A stretch of 64,000 nucleotides of DNA from assembly GCA_016209015.1 (NCBI GenBank), contig JACQWY010000037.1:19770-83769 (forward strand). Direction: 5' to 3'. The DNA comes from Gammaproteobacteria bacterium. Lineage in GTDB: Bacteria > Pseudomonadota > Gammaproteobacteria > Ga0077536. This document shows positions 8,241 through 19,556 of this stretch, in pieces. A program made the translations under genes and the position numbers. Every line of letters begins with the position of its first letter. Within the stretch, counting starts at the first letter, position 1. The notes beneath the pieces are model-generated. The model searched no databases. It was not told the origin of the DNA and worked only from the letters and a program-made list of their open reading frames with translations.

Positions 8241-9332
8241 TCAGACGTTGAACCTGAAATGCATGACGTCGCCGTCCTTGACGACGTATTCCTTGCCTTC
8301 GAGCCGGAGCTTGCCGGCATCGCGTGCGCCGGACTCGCCGCCGCAGGCGACGAAGTCCTCGTAAGCGATGACCTCGGCGCGGATGAAGCCGCGCTCGAAG
8401 TCGGTGTGGATGACGCCGGCCGCCTGCGGCGCGGTCGCGTTCGCCGGAATCGTCCAGGCGCGGCATTCCTTCGGACCCGCCGTGAAGTAGGTCTGCAGGC
8501 CGAGCAGCTCGTAGCCGGCGCGGATGACGCGATCGAGACCCGGCTCCTCCAGACCCATCTCCTTCAGGAACTGCTCGCGCTCGTCGTCGGCGAGCGCCGC
8601 GAGCTCGGCTTCGAGCTGCGCGCAGATGACGACGCTCTCCGAGCCCTGAGCGTGCGCGTAATCCGCGACGCGCTTCGTCAATTCGTTGCCTTCGAGATCG
8701 TGCTCGCTCACGTTTGCGATGTAGAGCACGGGCTTCGCCGTCAGCAGCGTGAGCTGCTTCACCGTGTTCCAGCCGAGCTCGTCGAGCTCGAGCGAGCGCA
8801 CGGGCTTCACCTCGTCGAGCGCCTTCTGCACGACGTCGAGTGCGGCGAGCCGGAGCTTGATGTCCTTGTCGCCGGATTTCGCCTGCTTCGCGTAGCGATC
8901 GATGGCGCGCGCGACCGTGTCGAGATCCGCGAGCGCGAGCTCGGTCTCGATCACCTCGATGTCGGAGAGCGGATCGATGCGGCCCGCGACGTGCACGATG
9001 TTCTCGTCCTCGAAGCAGCGCACGACATGCGCGATGGCGTGCGTCTCGCGGATGTGCGCGAGGAACTGGTTGCCGAGACCTTCACCCTTCGAAGCACCGG
9101 CGACGAGCCCCGCGATGTCGACGAACTCCATCGTCGTCGGCACCACCTGTTTGGAGCCGGCGAGCTTCGCGACCTTCTCCTGGCGCGGATCGGGGACCGG
9201 CACCACACCGACGTTCGGATCGATCGTGCAGAACGGATAGTTCTCCGCGGCGATGGCGGCGCGCGTCAGCGCGTTGAAGAGCGAGGACTTGCCGACGTTC
9301 GGCAGTCCGACGATTCCGCATTTGAAACCCAT
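8241..9332 (-). CDS. ychF: Redox-regulated ATPase YchF
   Basis: [28 protein letters not shown]-terminal TGS domain ([15 protein letters not shown]). Confidence 0.98.
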   Translation of the reverse strand: MGFKCGIVGLPNVGKSSLFNALTRAAIAAENYPFCTIDPNVGVVPVPDPRQEKVAKLAGSKQVVPTTMEFVDIAGLVAGASKGEGLGNQFLAHIRETHAIAHVVRCFEDENIVHVAGRIDPLSDIEVIETELALADLDTVARAIDRYAKQAKSGDKDIKLRLAALDVVQKALDEVKPVRSLELDELGWNTVKQLTLLTAKPVLYIANVSEHDLEGNELTKRVADYAHAQGSESVVICAQLEAELAALADDEREQFLKEMGLEEPGLDRVIRAGYELLGLQTYFTAGPKECRAWTIPANATAPQAAGVIHTDFERGFIRAEVIAYEDFVACGGESGARDAGKLRLEGKEYVVKDGDVMHFRFNV

Positions 9333-9363
9333 GGGGACCTCGGGATGCTGGCCGCGTGCTGCG

Positions 9364-9945
9364 TCAGGACGCGCGGCGGTTCAAAGTGTTCATGACGATG
9401 TCGAATTCGCCGGAAACGATACGGGCGATTTCGGCGAGCGCGCGATCGATCGCGTCGTCGATCGGATCGCGCTCTTCGGCACGCGGCGGCTCGAGCACGT
9501 AGTTCACGACTTCGCGGGCATGGCCCGGATGGCCGATGCCGAGTCTGAGCCGCGCGAATTCCGCGCCTATCTGGCCCGTGATGTCGCGCAGCCCGTTGTG
9601 CCCGCCGTGACCGCCGCCGCGTTTGAGCCGCGCGGTGCCGGGCGGGAGATCGAGATCGTCGTGCACGACGAGGATCGCTGCCGGCTCGATCTTGAGATAG
9701 CGCGAGGCCGCCGCGACCGCCGTGCCGCTGCGGTTCATGAACGTCGACGGCTTCAGCAGATGCAGCGTGCCGCCGGCGAGCTTCGTCTGGCAGGCGTGGC
9801 CGTGGAACTTCGCTTCACGGCGGAACGCGGTGCCGGCCTGCGCGGCGAGACGATCGACGAGCCAGAAGCCGACGTTGTGCCGGGTGCGTTCGTATTCCGC
9901 ACCCGGATTGCCGAGACCGACGATGAGATCGATGCGCTCCGCCAC
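9364..9945 (-). CDS. pth: Peptidyl-tRNA hydrolase
   Basis: [28 protein letters not shown]. Confidence 0.98.
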   Translation of the reverse strand: MAERIDLIVGLGNPGAEYERTRHNVGFWLVDRLAAQAGTAFRREAKFHGHACQTKLAGGTLHLLKPSTFMNRSGTAVAAASRYLKIEPAAILVVHDDLDLPPGTARLKRGGGHGGHNGLRDITGQIGAEFARLRLGIGHPGHAREVVNYVLEPPRAEERDPIDDAIDRALAEIARIVSGEFDIVMNTLNRRAS

Positions 9946-9995
9946 GACTTCCGAGTCGCGTCAGTCGTGGCGGGCGCGCAGGCCTGGTCGGACGA

Positions 9996-10634
9996 TCAGG
10001 CGGCCGGGGCCGGGGTCGCGCCCGGCGCCGGCTCGGCGCCGTCGCCTTCCGCGGCGACGCGCGGGGCGTGGACGGAAACGACCGGCTGCGAGGCGTCGCC
10101 GTGATGGACGAGCACCGCGGCACGGACGCCCGCGGGCATCGCGAGATCGGAGAGGTGCAGCGTGTCGCCGACGTCCATGTTCGCGAGGTCGACCGTGATG
10201 TACTCCGGCAGATCCTTCGGCAGGCAGACGATTTCGACGTCGCTCATCATGTGGCTGATGACGCCGCCGCTCTGCTTCACGCCGATGCAGTTCTCTTCGT
10301 TGATGAAGTGGATCGGCACGCGCATCTCGAGCTCTTCGTTCTCGTTGATGCGCTGGAAGTCCATGTGGATGACGAGCGGACGATAGGGGTGGCGCTGCAG
10401 GTCCTTCAGCACGACGCGCTCGGCACCTGCGGCCATGTTCAGCGTCAGGATGTGCGAATAGAAGGCCTCGTGCTCCGAGCGGCGCAGCACGTCATTGTGA
10501 TCGACCTGGATTGCGGCAGGTTCCTTGTCGCCACCGTAGACGATGGCGGGGATCTTGCCGGCGCGACGCAGGCGGCGGCTCGCACCCTTGCCCTGCAGGT
10601 CTCGCGCTTGGGCGCTGAGTTCGAAAACGTTCAT
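9996..10634 (-). CDS. rplY: 50S ribosomal protein L25/Ctc
   Basis: GKGASRRLRRAGKIPAIVYG, HMDFQR; two-domain Ctc form. Confidence 0.97.
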   Translation of the reverse strand: MNVFELSAQARDLQGKGASRRLRRAGKIPAIVYGGDKEPAAIQVDHNDVLRRSEHEAFYSHILTLNMAAGAERVVLKDLQRHPYRPLVIHMDFQRINENEELEMRVPIHFINEENCIGVKQSGGVISHMMSDVEIVCLPKDLPEYITVDLANMDVGDTLHLSDLAMPAGVRAAVLVHHGDASQPVVSVHAPRVAAEGDGAEPAPGATPAPAA

Positions 10635-10716
10635 TTTGATATCTCCTGTTGATGTCTCTCTGACACGCGCTCCGGACCGGCCGCGACCAGTCGGCCCGTG
10701 ACGCGATTCGGTGTGC

Positions 10717-11676
10717 TCAGTCGATGAACATGGAGCTCAGCGACTGGCCGGAACTGATGCGGTTGATGCTCTCGCCCAAGAGGCCGGCCACGGAGAGCTG
10801 ACGGATGCGCGGACACTGCGCGGCTTCCTCGGTCAGCGGAATCGTGTCGGTGACGACGAGCTCGTCGAGCTCCGATTTCTGGATGTTCTCGAGGGCCTTG
10901 CCCGACAGCACCGGGTGCGTGCAGTACGAGAAGACCTGGCGGGCGCCGTGCTCTTTCAGCGCCTTCGCGGCCTGGCACAGGGTGCCGGCGGTATCGACCA
11001 TGTCGTCGACGAGCACGCAGGTGCGGTCGCGAACGTCGCCGATGATGTTCATGACCTGCGCCTCGTTCGCACGCGGACGGCGCTTGTCGATGATGGCGAG
11101 ATCCGCGTTGTCGAGACGCCGCGCGACCGCGCGGGCGCGGACCACGCCGCCGACGTCCGGCGAGACCACCATCAGGTCCGAATGCTCGCGCTTCCAGATG
11201 TCGCCGAGCAGGACGGGCGAGGCATAGACGTTGTCCATGGGCATGTCGAAGAAGCCCTGGATCTGATCGGCGTGGAGATCGACCGTCAGCACGCGGTCCG
11301 TGCCGACGCTCGCGATCATGTTCGCGACGACCTTCGCCGTGATCGGCACGCGCGCCGAGCGCGGGCGGCGATCCTGGCGGGCGTAGCCGAGATAGGGAAT
11401 GACGGCGGTGATGCTCGCCGCCGAAGCGCGCCGCAGGGCATCGATCAGCACCAGCAGCTCCATCAGGTTGTCGTTCGTCGGCCGGCAGATCGACTGCAGC
11501 ACGAAGACGTCGCGCGCGCGGACGTTCTCGGCGATCTCGATCATGATCTCGCCGTCGCTGAAACGGCCGACGGTGGCCTTGCCGAGCGGGATCTGCAGGT
11601 GCGCGGCGATCGCACGCGACAGCGCGGGATTGGAATTGCCCGCGAACAGCATCATGGCGGAGCGGCTGGAGATCAT
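10717..11676 (-). CDS. prs: Ribose-phosphate pyrophosphokinase
   Basis: [33 protein letters not shown]; start codon approximate. Confidence 0.97.
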   Translation of the reverse strand: MISSRSAMMLFAGNSNPALSRAIAAHLQIPLGKATVGRFSDGEIMIEIAENVRARDVFVLQSICRPTNDNLMELLVLIDALRRASAASITAVIPYLGYARQDRRPRSARVPITAKVVANMIASVGTDRVLTVDLHADQIQGFFDMPMDNVYASPVLLGDIWKREHSDLMVVSPDVGGVVRARAVARRLDNADLAIIDKRRPRANEAQVMNIIGDVRDRTCVLVDDMVDTAGTLCQAAKALKEHGARQVFSYCTHPVLSGKALENIQKSELDELVVTDTIPLTEEAAQCPRIRQLSVAGLLGESINRISSGQSLSSMFID

Positions 11677-11828
11677 GCCTGATAACGTCCCAAATCTAAT
11701 GAGCCCACCCACGGGCCGTCGCACACATCACCGCGCGGGACGCTGGTCTGGCCCGGGCCTTCACGGGCCCGGCGGAGCGGCGCCGGCTGCGGTCTTCGTC
11801 TTCTCACCCGGCCGCGAGGCGCAGGGTT

Positions 11829-11903
11829 TGGCTGGGGAGCCAGGATTCGAACCTGGGAATGCCGGGATCAAAACCCGGTGCCTTACCGCTTGGCGACTCC
11901 CCA
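11829..11903 (-). tRNA. tRNA-Gln (TTG)
   Basis: TGGGGAGTCGCCAAGCGGTAAGGCACCGGGT-TTG-ATCCCGGCATTCCCAGGTTCGAATCCTGGCTCCCCAGCCA; usual ispE-prs location. Confidence 0.97.
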
Positions 11904-11918
11904 ATGTATCGTCGCTGT

Positions 11919-12806
11919 TCAGCGTGGCGGCTCACCGTCGCGGGCGCGGTGCTCGGCCTCGAGCCTGTCCAGGAGCGGCGAACGGTTGCGCCGTCCGGCG
12001 GTGAACCACTGCCAGGCCGCGGGGAGCTCCCGTCCGGCGGCCTCGGCGGCCTCCCGGGTCGCGAAACAGGCGAAGACGCAGGCGCCGGTCCCGCTCATCC
12101 GGGTCGGCGCGTAGCGCGACAACCGGTCCAGGGCCTCGCCCACCGCGGGGTAGAGCCGCCGCGTAACGGGCTCGCAGTCATTATGACTCTCGGCCAGCGA
12201 AAAGCGCTGAATTTTGATGGCGGGCGTATTCCGTGTCAAATCAGGGTGTGTGAACACGGCCGCGGTCGGAACCTGGCAGCCCGGGAAGACGACGAGCACC
12301 GGCAACTCTTCCTGGTCGCAGGGCGTCAGCAGTTCCCCGACGCCCTCGGCCCAGGCCGCGACCCCGTGGACGAAGACGGGCACGTCGGCGCCGAGACCGA
12401 GGCCGAGCTGCGCGAGCGCGGCGGTGTCGAGGCCCGTTCCCCACAGCGCGTTCAGGCCGACGAGCACGGTCGCCGCATTCGAGCTGCCGCCGCCGAGGCC
12501 GCCGCCCATGGGCAGGACCTTCGCGACGTCGATGTCGGCACCCCAGCGGGTGCCGGTTGCCTCCTTCAGCACGCGCGCGGCGCGGACCACGAGGTCGCTG
12601 TCGGCGGGCACGCCCGCGAGCTCGTTCAGGCGGCCGATCGTGCCGTCTTGGCGCAGGCGGAAAGAGATTTCGTCCCCGTAATCGAGGAACTGGAACAGCG
12701 TCTGCAGCAGGTGGTAGCCATCCGGACGCCGGCCGACGACATGCAGGAAGAGGTTGATCTTCGCGGGCGCGGGCCAGCCGCGGCTCAGGGTTTCACGGGC
12801 GTCCAT
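11919..12806 (-). CDS. ispE: 4-(CDP)-2-C-methyl-D-erythritol kinase
   Basis: PAPAKINLFL, PMGGGLGGGSSNAA, GADVP, MSGTG. Confidence 0.97.
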   Translation of the reverse strand: MDARETLSRGWPAPAKINLFLHVVGRRPDGYHLLQTLFQFLDYGDEISFRLRQDGTIGRLNELAGVPADSDLVVRAARVLKEATGTRWGADIDVAKVLPMGGGLGGGSSNAATVLVGLNALWGTGLDTAALAQLGLGLGADVPVFVHGVAAWAEGVGELLTPCDQEELPVLVVFPGCQVPTAAVFTHPDLTRNTPAIKIQRFSLAESHNDCEPVTRRLYPAVGEALDRLSRYAPTRMSGTGACVFACFATREAAEAAGRELPAAWQWFTAGRRNRSPLLDRLEAEHRARDGEPPR

Positions 12807-13387
12807 TGGGCGATCACCATCCTCAATTGCAGTTCACCGCGGGTGAGATAGAGCTTCGCCGGCAGGTCGAGGTCCGCGGCCCGGGTGTAATCGAGCACGC
12901 TCACGCGCCAGCCCGATTGCTCCATGTCCCTCAGCCGCCCGGTCGCGTCCGTGTGCAAGCCCTGCACCGGCGCGTCCGGCGCCGGCACGCCGCGCACCCA
13001 GTAACGCGCGCCGGCGACCGGCAGTGCCCAGCGCAAGTGCTCGGCCATGAGCGTCTCGACGTCGCGCGAGACGTAGCGGGCGCCGTCCGGGGTGAGCAGG
13101 GAGACCTGATCGGCGTCGCCGGCGAGTACGGCCGTGCCGCGGCCGAGCGGGGCGATGATGCGGAGCTCGAAGCGCGGGCCGTCCTGGTGCCAGCGGACCT
13201 GGGCGCTGCCGCCCTCGCCGCCGCGCTGGATGGCGATGCGGCCCTCGACGTCGAAGCGTTCGACGGCCGCGACCGCCGTGCGGTGGAGCGTCCAGGCGTC
13301 GGTGCCGGGTGCCGGGCGGTTCGGGATCGTGCCGGGAGTGGCGCAGGCCGCGAGGACCGCGCAGAGCACCAGGGCCGCGCGCCTCAC
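12785..13387 (-). CDS. lolB: Outer-membrane lipoprotein insertase LolB
   Basis: Lipobox LAAC, GRIAIQ, APLGRG, WALPV, EQSGWRV; synteny with ispE; GTG start overlaps upstream stop. Confidence 0.9.
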   Translation of the reverse strand: MRRAALVLCAVLAACATPGTIPNRPAPGTDAWTLHRTAVAAVERFDVEGRIAIQRGGEGGSAQVRWHQDGPRFELRIIAPLGRGTAVLAGDADQVSLLTPDGARYVSRDVETLMAEHLRWALPVAGARYWVRGVPAPDAPVQGLHTDATGRLRDMEQSGWRVSVLDYTRAADLDLPAKLYLTRGELQLRMVIAQWTPVKP

Positions 13388-15201
13388 TGCGCGAGCCGCT
13401 CGATGACCTTGCGTAGCGCCTTGTCGTCGGGCTTGACCTTGAGCGCGGCGTCCCAGATCTCGCGGGCCTCGACCTTCTTGCCGAGCACCCACAGCACCTC
13501 GCCGAGATGGGCGGCGACTTCCGGGTCGTTCTTCTGATCGTGCGCCTTCTGCAGATAGGGCACGGCATCCTCGGCCTTGCCGAGGCGATAGAGCACCCAG
13601 CCCATGCTGTCGAGCACGTAGAAATCGTCGGGCGTGATCGCGAGCGCCTGCTTGATGAAGCCGTAGGCCTCCTCGTAGCGGTTCGTGTGCTCGACGAGGG
13701 AATAGCCGAGCGCATTCAGCGCCTGCGCGTTCTCGGGCTCGCGCTTGATGATCGCGCGCAAATCGGATTCGAGGATGTCCATCTTGCCGAGCTTCTCGGC
13801 GAGCATGGCGCGCGTGTACAGGAGCTCCATGTTGTACGTGCCGTTCAGCGCGGCATCGTAGAGCCCGATCGCCTCCTGGTAGCGCTCGTGATCGGAGAGG
13901 ATCTCCGCTTCCGCGCGCACGACCTGCAGCTTCTGCTCGTCGGTCTCCGGCGCGATGGTCTTGAGGAAGGCGCGGGCCTCGTCGACCTTGTCCTGCGCGG
14001 AGAGGAGGAAGGCGATGCGCACCTGGGCGAAGAAGCGGTTCGAGCCGTCCTTCACCGCCCGGTATTGCGTCAGCGCCGCGCCGAGCTGCTTGCGGGATTC
14101 CGCGATCTGGCCGAGGTAGTAGTGCGCGTCGGCGGCGCGCTCGTCGAACTTCAGCAGACCCTTGAAATCGCGCTCCGCCTCGTCGACGCGGTTCGCCTGC
14201 AGGTTCAGCAGGCCGAGCGCGAACGCGACGTCCGTATTGTCCGGCGCCTTCTTCGCGAGCAGCTCGAACTGCAGCCTTGCCCGTTCGTACTGGTGGGCAT
14301 CGGCGAGCATGCGTGCGTAGAGCATGCGCAGACCGAATTCGTCGGGCGTGCGCGCGAGCGCCTTCTCGAGCCAGGTCACGCCCTCGGCCTGCAGGCCCTG
14401 CTTCTGCAGGAGCGCGACATAGCTCATGGCGATATTCGTATTCACGTCGGCCTTCGCGACGAGCTTGTCCATCGCGGTGCGCGCCTGCTCGAAGTGATCC
14501 GCGCGGATCGCGAGCAGCGCATAGGCGAGCAGCGCATCGGCATCGCCGTCGTGGCGCGCGACGAGCTTCTCCATCACCGCGAGCGCGGTCTGCTTGTCCT
14601 CCTCGCGGCTCAGCAGCGTCGCGACCATGCGCAGGCTGTTGTTGCCCGAGGGGCTCTTGCCCTTGGCGAGCACGACCTCGAGATTCTCGAGCGCAGGGTC
14701 CGCTTCGCCGTGACGGATATACATGGCGGCGAGGATCTGCCGGGCTTCGAGGTTCGTCGGCGCGGCGGCGACCCAGATCTTCGCGGCCTCGAGCGCTGCG
14801 TCGTTGTTGTGGCCGAACACGGCGATCTTCGTCGCGCGTTCCGCGATGCCCGCACTGTGCTGCTGGCGGGCGAGCGAGAGATAGTGTTCGACCGCGACGT
14901 CGAGACGGCCGCGCAGGCCGGCGAACTCGGCGACCATGAGATGGAACATCGGATCGTCGTTCACGTCCACGAGGTCGGCGGGCCCGGGCTTGCGGACCTG
15001 GACGTCGGCCTCGGGCACGTAGAGCTCGCCCTCGGCGGCGGGCGCGGCAGCGGCGGGCGTCCGGGACGCGTCGGCCTGGTCGGGCTTCACGGGCGCCTGC
15101 GCCGCACAGCCGGCGAGCAGCCACAACGCGATCGCGAACGCGCGGCGGGCCGCGCGGGGCTGCGGCGCATGCGCGGTGGGGATCCGGGGCCTGACGTTCA
15201 T
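13384..15201 (-). CDS. TPR-repeat lipoprotein (PA4667/LbcA-like)
   Basis: LAGC lipobox, repeated TPRs, ALNALGYSL, LDSMGWVLYRLG, AAHLGEVLW; lies between hemA and lolB. Confidence 0.9.
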   Translation of the reverse strand: MNVRPRIPTAHAPQPRAARRAFAIALWLLAGCAAQAPVKPDQADASRTPAAAAPAAEGELYVPEADVQVRKPGPADLVDVNDDPMFHLMVAEFAGLRGRLDVAVEHYLSLARQQHSAGIAERATKIAVFGHNNDAALEAAKIWVAAAPTNLEARQILAAMYIRHGEADPALENLEVVLAKGKSPSGNNSLRMVATLLSREEDKQTALAVMEKLVARHDGDADALLAYALLAIRADHFEQARTAMDKLVAKADVNTNIAMSYVALLQKQGLQAEGVTWLEKALARTPDEFGLRMLYARMLADAHQYERARLQFELLAKKAPDNTDVAFALGLLNLQANRVDEAERDFKGLLKFDERAADAHYYLGQIAESRKQLGAALTQYRAVKDGSNRFFAQVRIAFLLSAQDKVDEARAFLKTIAPETDEQKLQVVRAEAEILSDHERYQEAIGLYDAALNGTYNMELLYTRAMLAEKLGKMDILESDLRAIIKREPENAQALNALGYSLVEHTNRYEEAYGFIKQALAITPDDFYVLDSMGWVLYRLGKAEDAVPYLQKAHDQKNDPEVAAHLGEVLWVLGKKVEAREIWDAALKVKPDDKALRKVIERLAQ

Positions 15202-15346
15202 ACTGCCGCTACATCGACGATCATGGTTTAAACTATACCGCAGTTGGATTTCGAACATATCCTGGGTCTTCCACCGCCACTTCCATCGCGCTCGGCGGAC
15301 GAGTCGAAGCCAAGGCTTGCCGCAACCGGGAAAATCACGCAACCGC

Positions 15347-16615
15347 ATGTCCATCGTTATATTTGGTGTGAGCCACAAGACCGCGCCGATCGACGTGCGG
15401 GAGCGCGTTGCGCTGGACGGGGAGCAACTGCCCGAGGCGCTGCGGGCGCTGCTGCAGTACCAGGGGGTGAACGAGGCGCTGATCCTGTCGACCTGCAATC
15501 GCACCGAGCTCTACTGCGCAGTCGACGACAAGCTCAACAGACCGCTCGCCGATTGGTTGGTTCAGTACAAGGCGCTGGAACCCGGAGTCATCGACTCGCA
15601 TTTCTACACGCTCGAGAACGAATACGCCATTCGTCACACCCTGAAAGTCGCGTGCGGTCTCGATTCCATGGTGCTCGGCGAGCCGCAGATCCTCGGCCAG
15701 CTCAAACAGGCCTACGCGGCCGCGGTGGACGGCAAGGCCGCCGGCAAGCAGCTCAACAAGCTCCTGCAGTATTCCTTTTCGGTGGCGAAGAAAGTCCGCA
15801 CCGAAACCGCGGTCGGCGCGACGCCCGTCTCCGTCGCCTACGCGGCGGTGCGCCTCGCGCGCCAGATCCACGGCGATCTCGACGCCAAGACGGCGCTCTT
15901 GATCGGCGCGGGCGAGACGATCGCGCTCGTCGCGACGCATCTCAAATCCCAGCACATCCAGCGCCTGGTCGTCGCGAACCGCACGCTCGCACGCGCCGAG
16001 GAGCTCGCCGCGGAAGTCGGCGGGACCGCCATCGCGCTGGAGGATCTGCCGGCGCACCTCGCGGCCGCCGACATCATCGTCACCTCGACCGCGAGCCGGC
16101 TGCCGATCATCACGAAGGGCGCCGTTGCGAACGCGATCAAGGCGCGGCGCTTCGAGCCCATGTTCATCGTCGATCTCGCCGTGCCGCGCGACGTCGAGCC
16201 CGAGGTCGCGGAGATCGACGACGCGTATCTCTATACCGTCGACGATTTGAACAACGTCATCACCGAGAACATGGAGCTGCGCAGCGCCGCGGCGGCGCAG
16301 GCCGAGGAAATCGTCAACCTTCACACCCAGGGCTACATGGACTGGCTGCAAGCGCAGGACGGCAATACGGTAATAGTCGAGTACCGCCGGCAGGCCGAGA
16401 GCATCAAGGACGAGCTGCTCTCGAAGGCGCAGCGCCGGCTCGCCGCCGGCGAGGATGCCTCGTCCGTCATGACCGCGCTCGCCCACACGCTCGTCAACAA
16501 GCTCATCCACCATCCGACTGCGAAGATCCGCGAGGCGACCGTCGAAGGCCGCAGCGATCTCGTCGCCGTCGCCCGCGAGCTCTTCGCGCTGAACGAGAAA
16601 ACCCTTCCCGAATGA
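15347..16615 (+). CDS. hemA: Glutamyl-tRNA reductase
   Basis: [33 protein letters not shown]. Confidence 0.98.
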   Translation: MSIVIFGVSHKTAPIDVRERVALDGEQLPEALRALLQYQGVNEALILSTCNRTELYCAVDDKLNRPLADWLVQYKALEPGVIDSHFYTLENEYAIRHTLKVACGLDSMVLGEPQILGQLKQAYAAAVDGKAAGKQLNKLLQYSFSVAKKVRTETAVGATPVSVAYAAVRLARQIHGDLDAKTALLIGAGETIALVATHLKSQHIQRLVVANRTLARAEELAAEVGGTAIALEDLPAHLAAADIIVTSTASRLPIITKGAVANAIKARRFEPMFIVDLAVPRDVEPEVAEIDDAYLYTVDDLNNVITENMELRSAAAAQAEEIVNLHTQGYMDWLQAQDGNTVIVEYRRQAESIKDELLSKAQRRLAAGEDASSVMTALAHTLVNKLIHHPTAKIREATVEGRSDLVAVARELFALNEKTLPE

Positions 16616-17697
16616 AGGACTCGCTCGCCCGCAAGCTCCGCGGCCTGCTCGACCGCCGCGACGAGCTCGATGCCCTGCTCGCCTCGCCGGACGTGATCAA
16701 CCAGCAGGAGCGCTATCGCAGCTACGCGCGCGAACGCGCCGAGATCGATCCGGTCGTGCAGTGCTATCGCGAGTACCTGCGCACCGAGGAAGGTCTCGCG
16801 AACGCCGAGGCGATGCTCGCCGAGGACGATGCCGGGATGCGCGCACTCGCCCAGGACGAGATCGGCGCGGCGAAGGCCAGGCTCGAGACGCTCGAGCTCG
16901 ACATCAACCGGCTGCTCATCCCGAAGGACCCCGCCGACGACGCGAACATCTTCCTCGAGGTGCGCGCGGGTACGGGCGGCGACGAGGCCGCGATCTTCGC
17001 GGGTGATCTCCTGCGCATGTACCTGAAGTACGCCGAGCGGCGCGGCTGGCAGGTCGAGATCATCAGCTCGAACCAGGGCGAGCACGGCGGCTACAAAGAA
17101 GTGATCGCGCGCGTCGTCGGCCAGGGCGCGTACTCGAGCCTCAAATTCGAATCGGGCGCGCACCGCGTGCAGCGCGTGCCGGCGACGGACTCACAGGGCC
17201 GCATCCACACCTCGGCGTGCACGGTCGCGATCCTGCCCGAGCTCGACGAGGTCACCGACATCCAGATCAATCCGGCGGATCTGAAGGTGGACACGTATCG
17301 CGCGTCCGGCGCAGGCGGTCAGCACGTCAACAAGACGGACTCGGCAATCCGCATCACCCACCTGCCGACCGGCGTCGTCGTCGAATGCCAGGACGAGCGC
17401 TCGCAGCACAAGAACCGGTCGCGCGCGATGAGCCTCCTGAAAGCGCGCCTGCTGCAGAGCGAGCGCGATCGCCAGACCGCGGAGCAGGCGCAGACGCGCC
17501 GCAACCTCGTCGGCAGCGGCGATCGCTCGGAGCGCATCCGCACCTACAACTATCCGCAGGGCCGCGTCACGGATCACCGCATCAACCTCACGCTCTACAA
17601 GCTCGAGGACGTGCTCGAAGGCGGGCTCGAGGCGGTGATCGATCCGCTCGTGCAGGAGCACCAGGCGGATCTGATGGCGCAGCTCGGCGACGTCTGA
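16612..17697 (+). CDS. prfA: Peptide chain release factor 1
   Basis: GTGGDEA, PAT tripeptide, [17 protein letters not shown]. Confidence 0.98.
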   Translation: MKDSLARKLRGLLDRRDELDALLASPDVINQQERYRSYARERAEIDPVVQCYREYLRTEEGLANAEAMLAEDDAGMRALAQDEIGAAKARLETLELDINRLLIPKDPADDANIFLEVRAGTGGDEAAIFAGDLLRMYLKYAERRGWQVEIISSNQGEHGGYKEVIARVVGQGAYSSLKFESGAHRVQRVPATDSQGRIHTSACTVAILPELDEVTDIQINPADLKVDTYRASGAGGQHVNKTDSAIRITHLPTGVVVECQDERSQHKNRSRAMSLLKARLLQSERDRQTAEQAQTRRNLVGSGDRSERIRTYNYPQGRVTDHRINLTLYKLEDVLEGGLEAVIDPLVQEHQADLMAQLGDV

Positions 17698-17704
17698 GGC
17701 GCCG

Positions 17705-18541
17705 GTGCCGACGCGCGGCGAGCTCGTGCGCTGGGGCGGCGGCCAGCTCGGCGCCAGCGACACGCCGCGCCTCGACGCCGAGCTGCTGCTCATGGCCGTG
17801 CTCGGCCTCGATCGCAGCGCGCTCTTCCGTGACGCCGACCGCCTCGTCGCCGCGGCGGATGACGCGCGCTATCGCGGGCTCGTCGCGGCGCGGGCCGAAG
17901 GCCGGCCGGTCGCGCAACTGCTCGGCGTGCGGGAATTCTGGTCGCTCGAATTCGAGGTCGACGAACACTGCCTCGTCCCGCGGCCCGAGACGGAGCTGCT
18001 CGTCGAGCGCGCACTCGCGGCCATCCCGTCGGGGGCGGCCGTCCGGATCGCGGATCTCGGCACCGGCAGCGGCGCCATCGCGGTCGCCATCGCCCGCGAA
18101 CGCCCGCAGTCTCGCGTCGTCGCCGTCGACGCGAGCCCGGCGGCACTCGCGGTCGCCGCCCGCAACGCCGCCCGGCTCGCCCCGGGGCGGGTCGCGCTCG
18201 TCCGCGGCGACTGGCTCGCCGCGTTCGCGCCGGGCAGCTTCGAGGTCATCGTGTCGAACCCGCCCTACGTGGCCGCCGACGATCCCTTGCTCACGACGAC
18301 CGAAATCCGCTTCGAGCCGCGGGCAGCGCTCGCCGCCGGCCCCGACGGCCTCAGCGATCTCGGCGCGCTCGCGCGGCAGGCGGCGGCGGCGCTCGTCGCG
18401 GGCGGCCGCGTCTTCCTGGAGCACGGCACGACGCAGGGACCGGCCGTGCGGGCACTGCTCACCGCCGCGCGCTTCGCGGACATCGCGACCGCGCGCGATC
18501 TCGCCGGCCACGAGCGCGTGACCTCCGGCCGGCGGCCCTGA
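17705..18541 (+). CDS. prmC: Release factor glutamine methyltransferase
   Basis: PRPETE, DLGTGSGAI, SNPPY. Confidence 0.96.
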   Translation: MPTRGELVRWGGGQLGASDTPRLDAELLLMAVLGLDRSALFRDADRLVAAADDARYRGLVAARAEGRPVAQLLGVREFWSLEFEVDEHCLVPRPETELLVERALAAIPSGAAVRIADLGTGSGAIAVAIARERPQSRVVAVDASPAALAVAARNAARLAPGRVALVRGDWLAAFAPGSFEVIVSNPPYVAADDPLLTTTEIRFEPRAALAAGPDGLSDLGALARQAAAALVAGGRVFLEHGTTQGPAVRALLTAARFADIATARDLAGHERVTSGRRP

Positions 18542-18608
18542 GCACGCGCCGGCTGTCATAATGCGGACGAGGCCGCCGGTGCGGCCGCCCGACAGATCGA
18601 GGTGCCCC

Positions 18609-19382
18609 GTGGACGACCAGCGACTTCTGCGCTACAGCCGACAGATCCTCCTGCCCGAAATCGACATCACGGGTCAGCAGCGCCTGCTCGACGCGACGGT
18701 CGCAATCTTCGGCCTCGGCGGCCTCGGCTCGCCGGTCGCGCTCTACCTCGCGGCGGCGGGCGTCGGCCGGCTCGTGCTCGTCGATTTCGACGCCGTCGAG
18801 CTCTCGAACCTGCAGCGTCAGATCATCCACTCCACGGCCGACCTCAAACGCCCGAAGGTCGAATCGGCGCGGGACAAGCTGCGGGCGCTGAACCCGGAAG
18901 TGAAGGTCGAGATCATCGGCCGCGCGCTCGAAGGCGCCGACCTCTTCGAGCTCGCCGACCGCGTCGACGTCGTCGTCGACTGCACGGACAACTTCACGAC
19001 GCGCTTCGCGCTGAACGAGGCCTGCCGCGACGCCCGCAAGCCCCTGGTCTCGGGCGCGGCGATCCGTTTCGAAGGTCAGGTGAGCGTTTACTATCCCGGC
19101 CGTGCGGACAGTCCCTGCTACCGCTGCCTGTATCACAACGTGGACGGGGACAATGAAACCTGTGTCCAGACCGGTGTCGCGGCACCCCTGCTCGGCATCG
19201 TGGGCAGCGTACAGGCACTCGAAACCCTGAAAGTGCTCGTCGGGGCCGGCGAGACGCTGACGGGCAGGCTGCTCGTGCTCGACGGCCTGAGCATGGAATG
19301 GCGGACGCTGAAGCTGCCGCGGGACCCCGCCTGTCCGACGTGCGGCGCGGCCGGCGTCGGGGAAACCGCCCCGCCGCGCTGA
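18609..19382 (+). CDS. moeB: MoeB/ThiF-family adenylyltransferase
   Basis: RYSRQI, GLGGLG, SNLQRQ, DCTDN, CYRC and CPTC. Confidence 0.88.
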   Translation: MDDQRLLRYSRQILLPEIDITGQQRLLDATVAIFGLGGLGSPVALYLAAAGVGRLVLVDFDAVELSNLQRQIIHSTADLKRPKVESARDKLRALNPEVKVEIIGRALEGADLFELADRVDVVVDCTDNFTTRFALNEACRDARKPLVSGAAIRFEGQVSVYYPGRADSPCYRCLYHNVDGDNETCVQTGVAAPLLGIVGSVQALETLKVLVGAGETLTGRLLVLDGLSMEWRTLKLPRDPACPTCGAAGVGETAPPR

Positions 19383-19556
19383 CGGCGTGTGCGGACGTCT
19401 TCAGCAGGCGTTCGTGCGCGTCGATAACCTCAGCCCGCCCTGCAGGAAACCCGGTCGGTACACCGGGCTGCGGGACAGCGCCGCGTCCACGTTCAGGGGG
19501 CGCGTGGAGCGGATTGCGGACCAACGGGTGCCCACGCGCACCGCAGGAGCGAACTC

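Noticed and set aside
12785-17697. 779-aa and 817-aa ORFs in the track
   Set aside because: GC-rich shadow-frame extensions; only their 3' ends are real (lolB, prfA)
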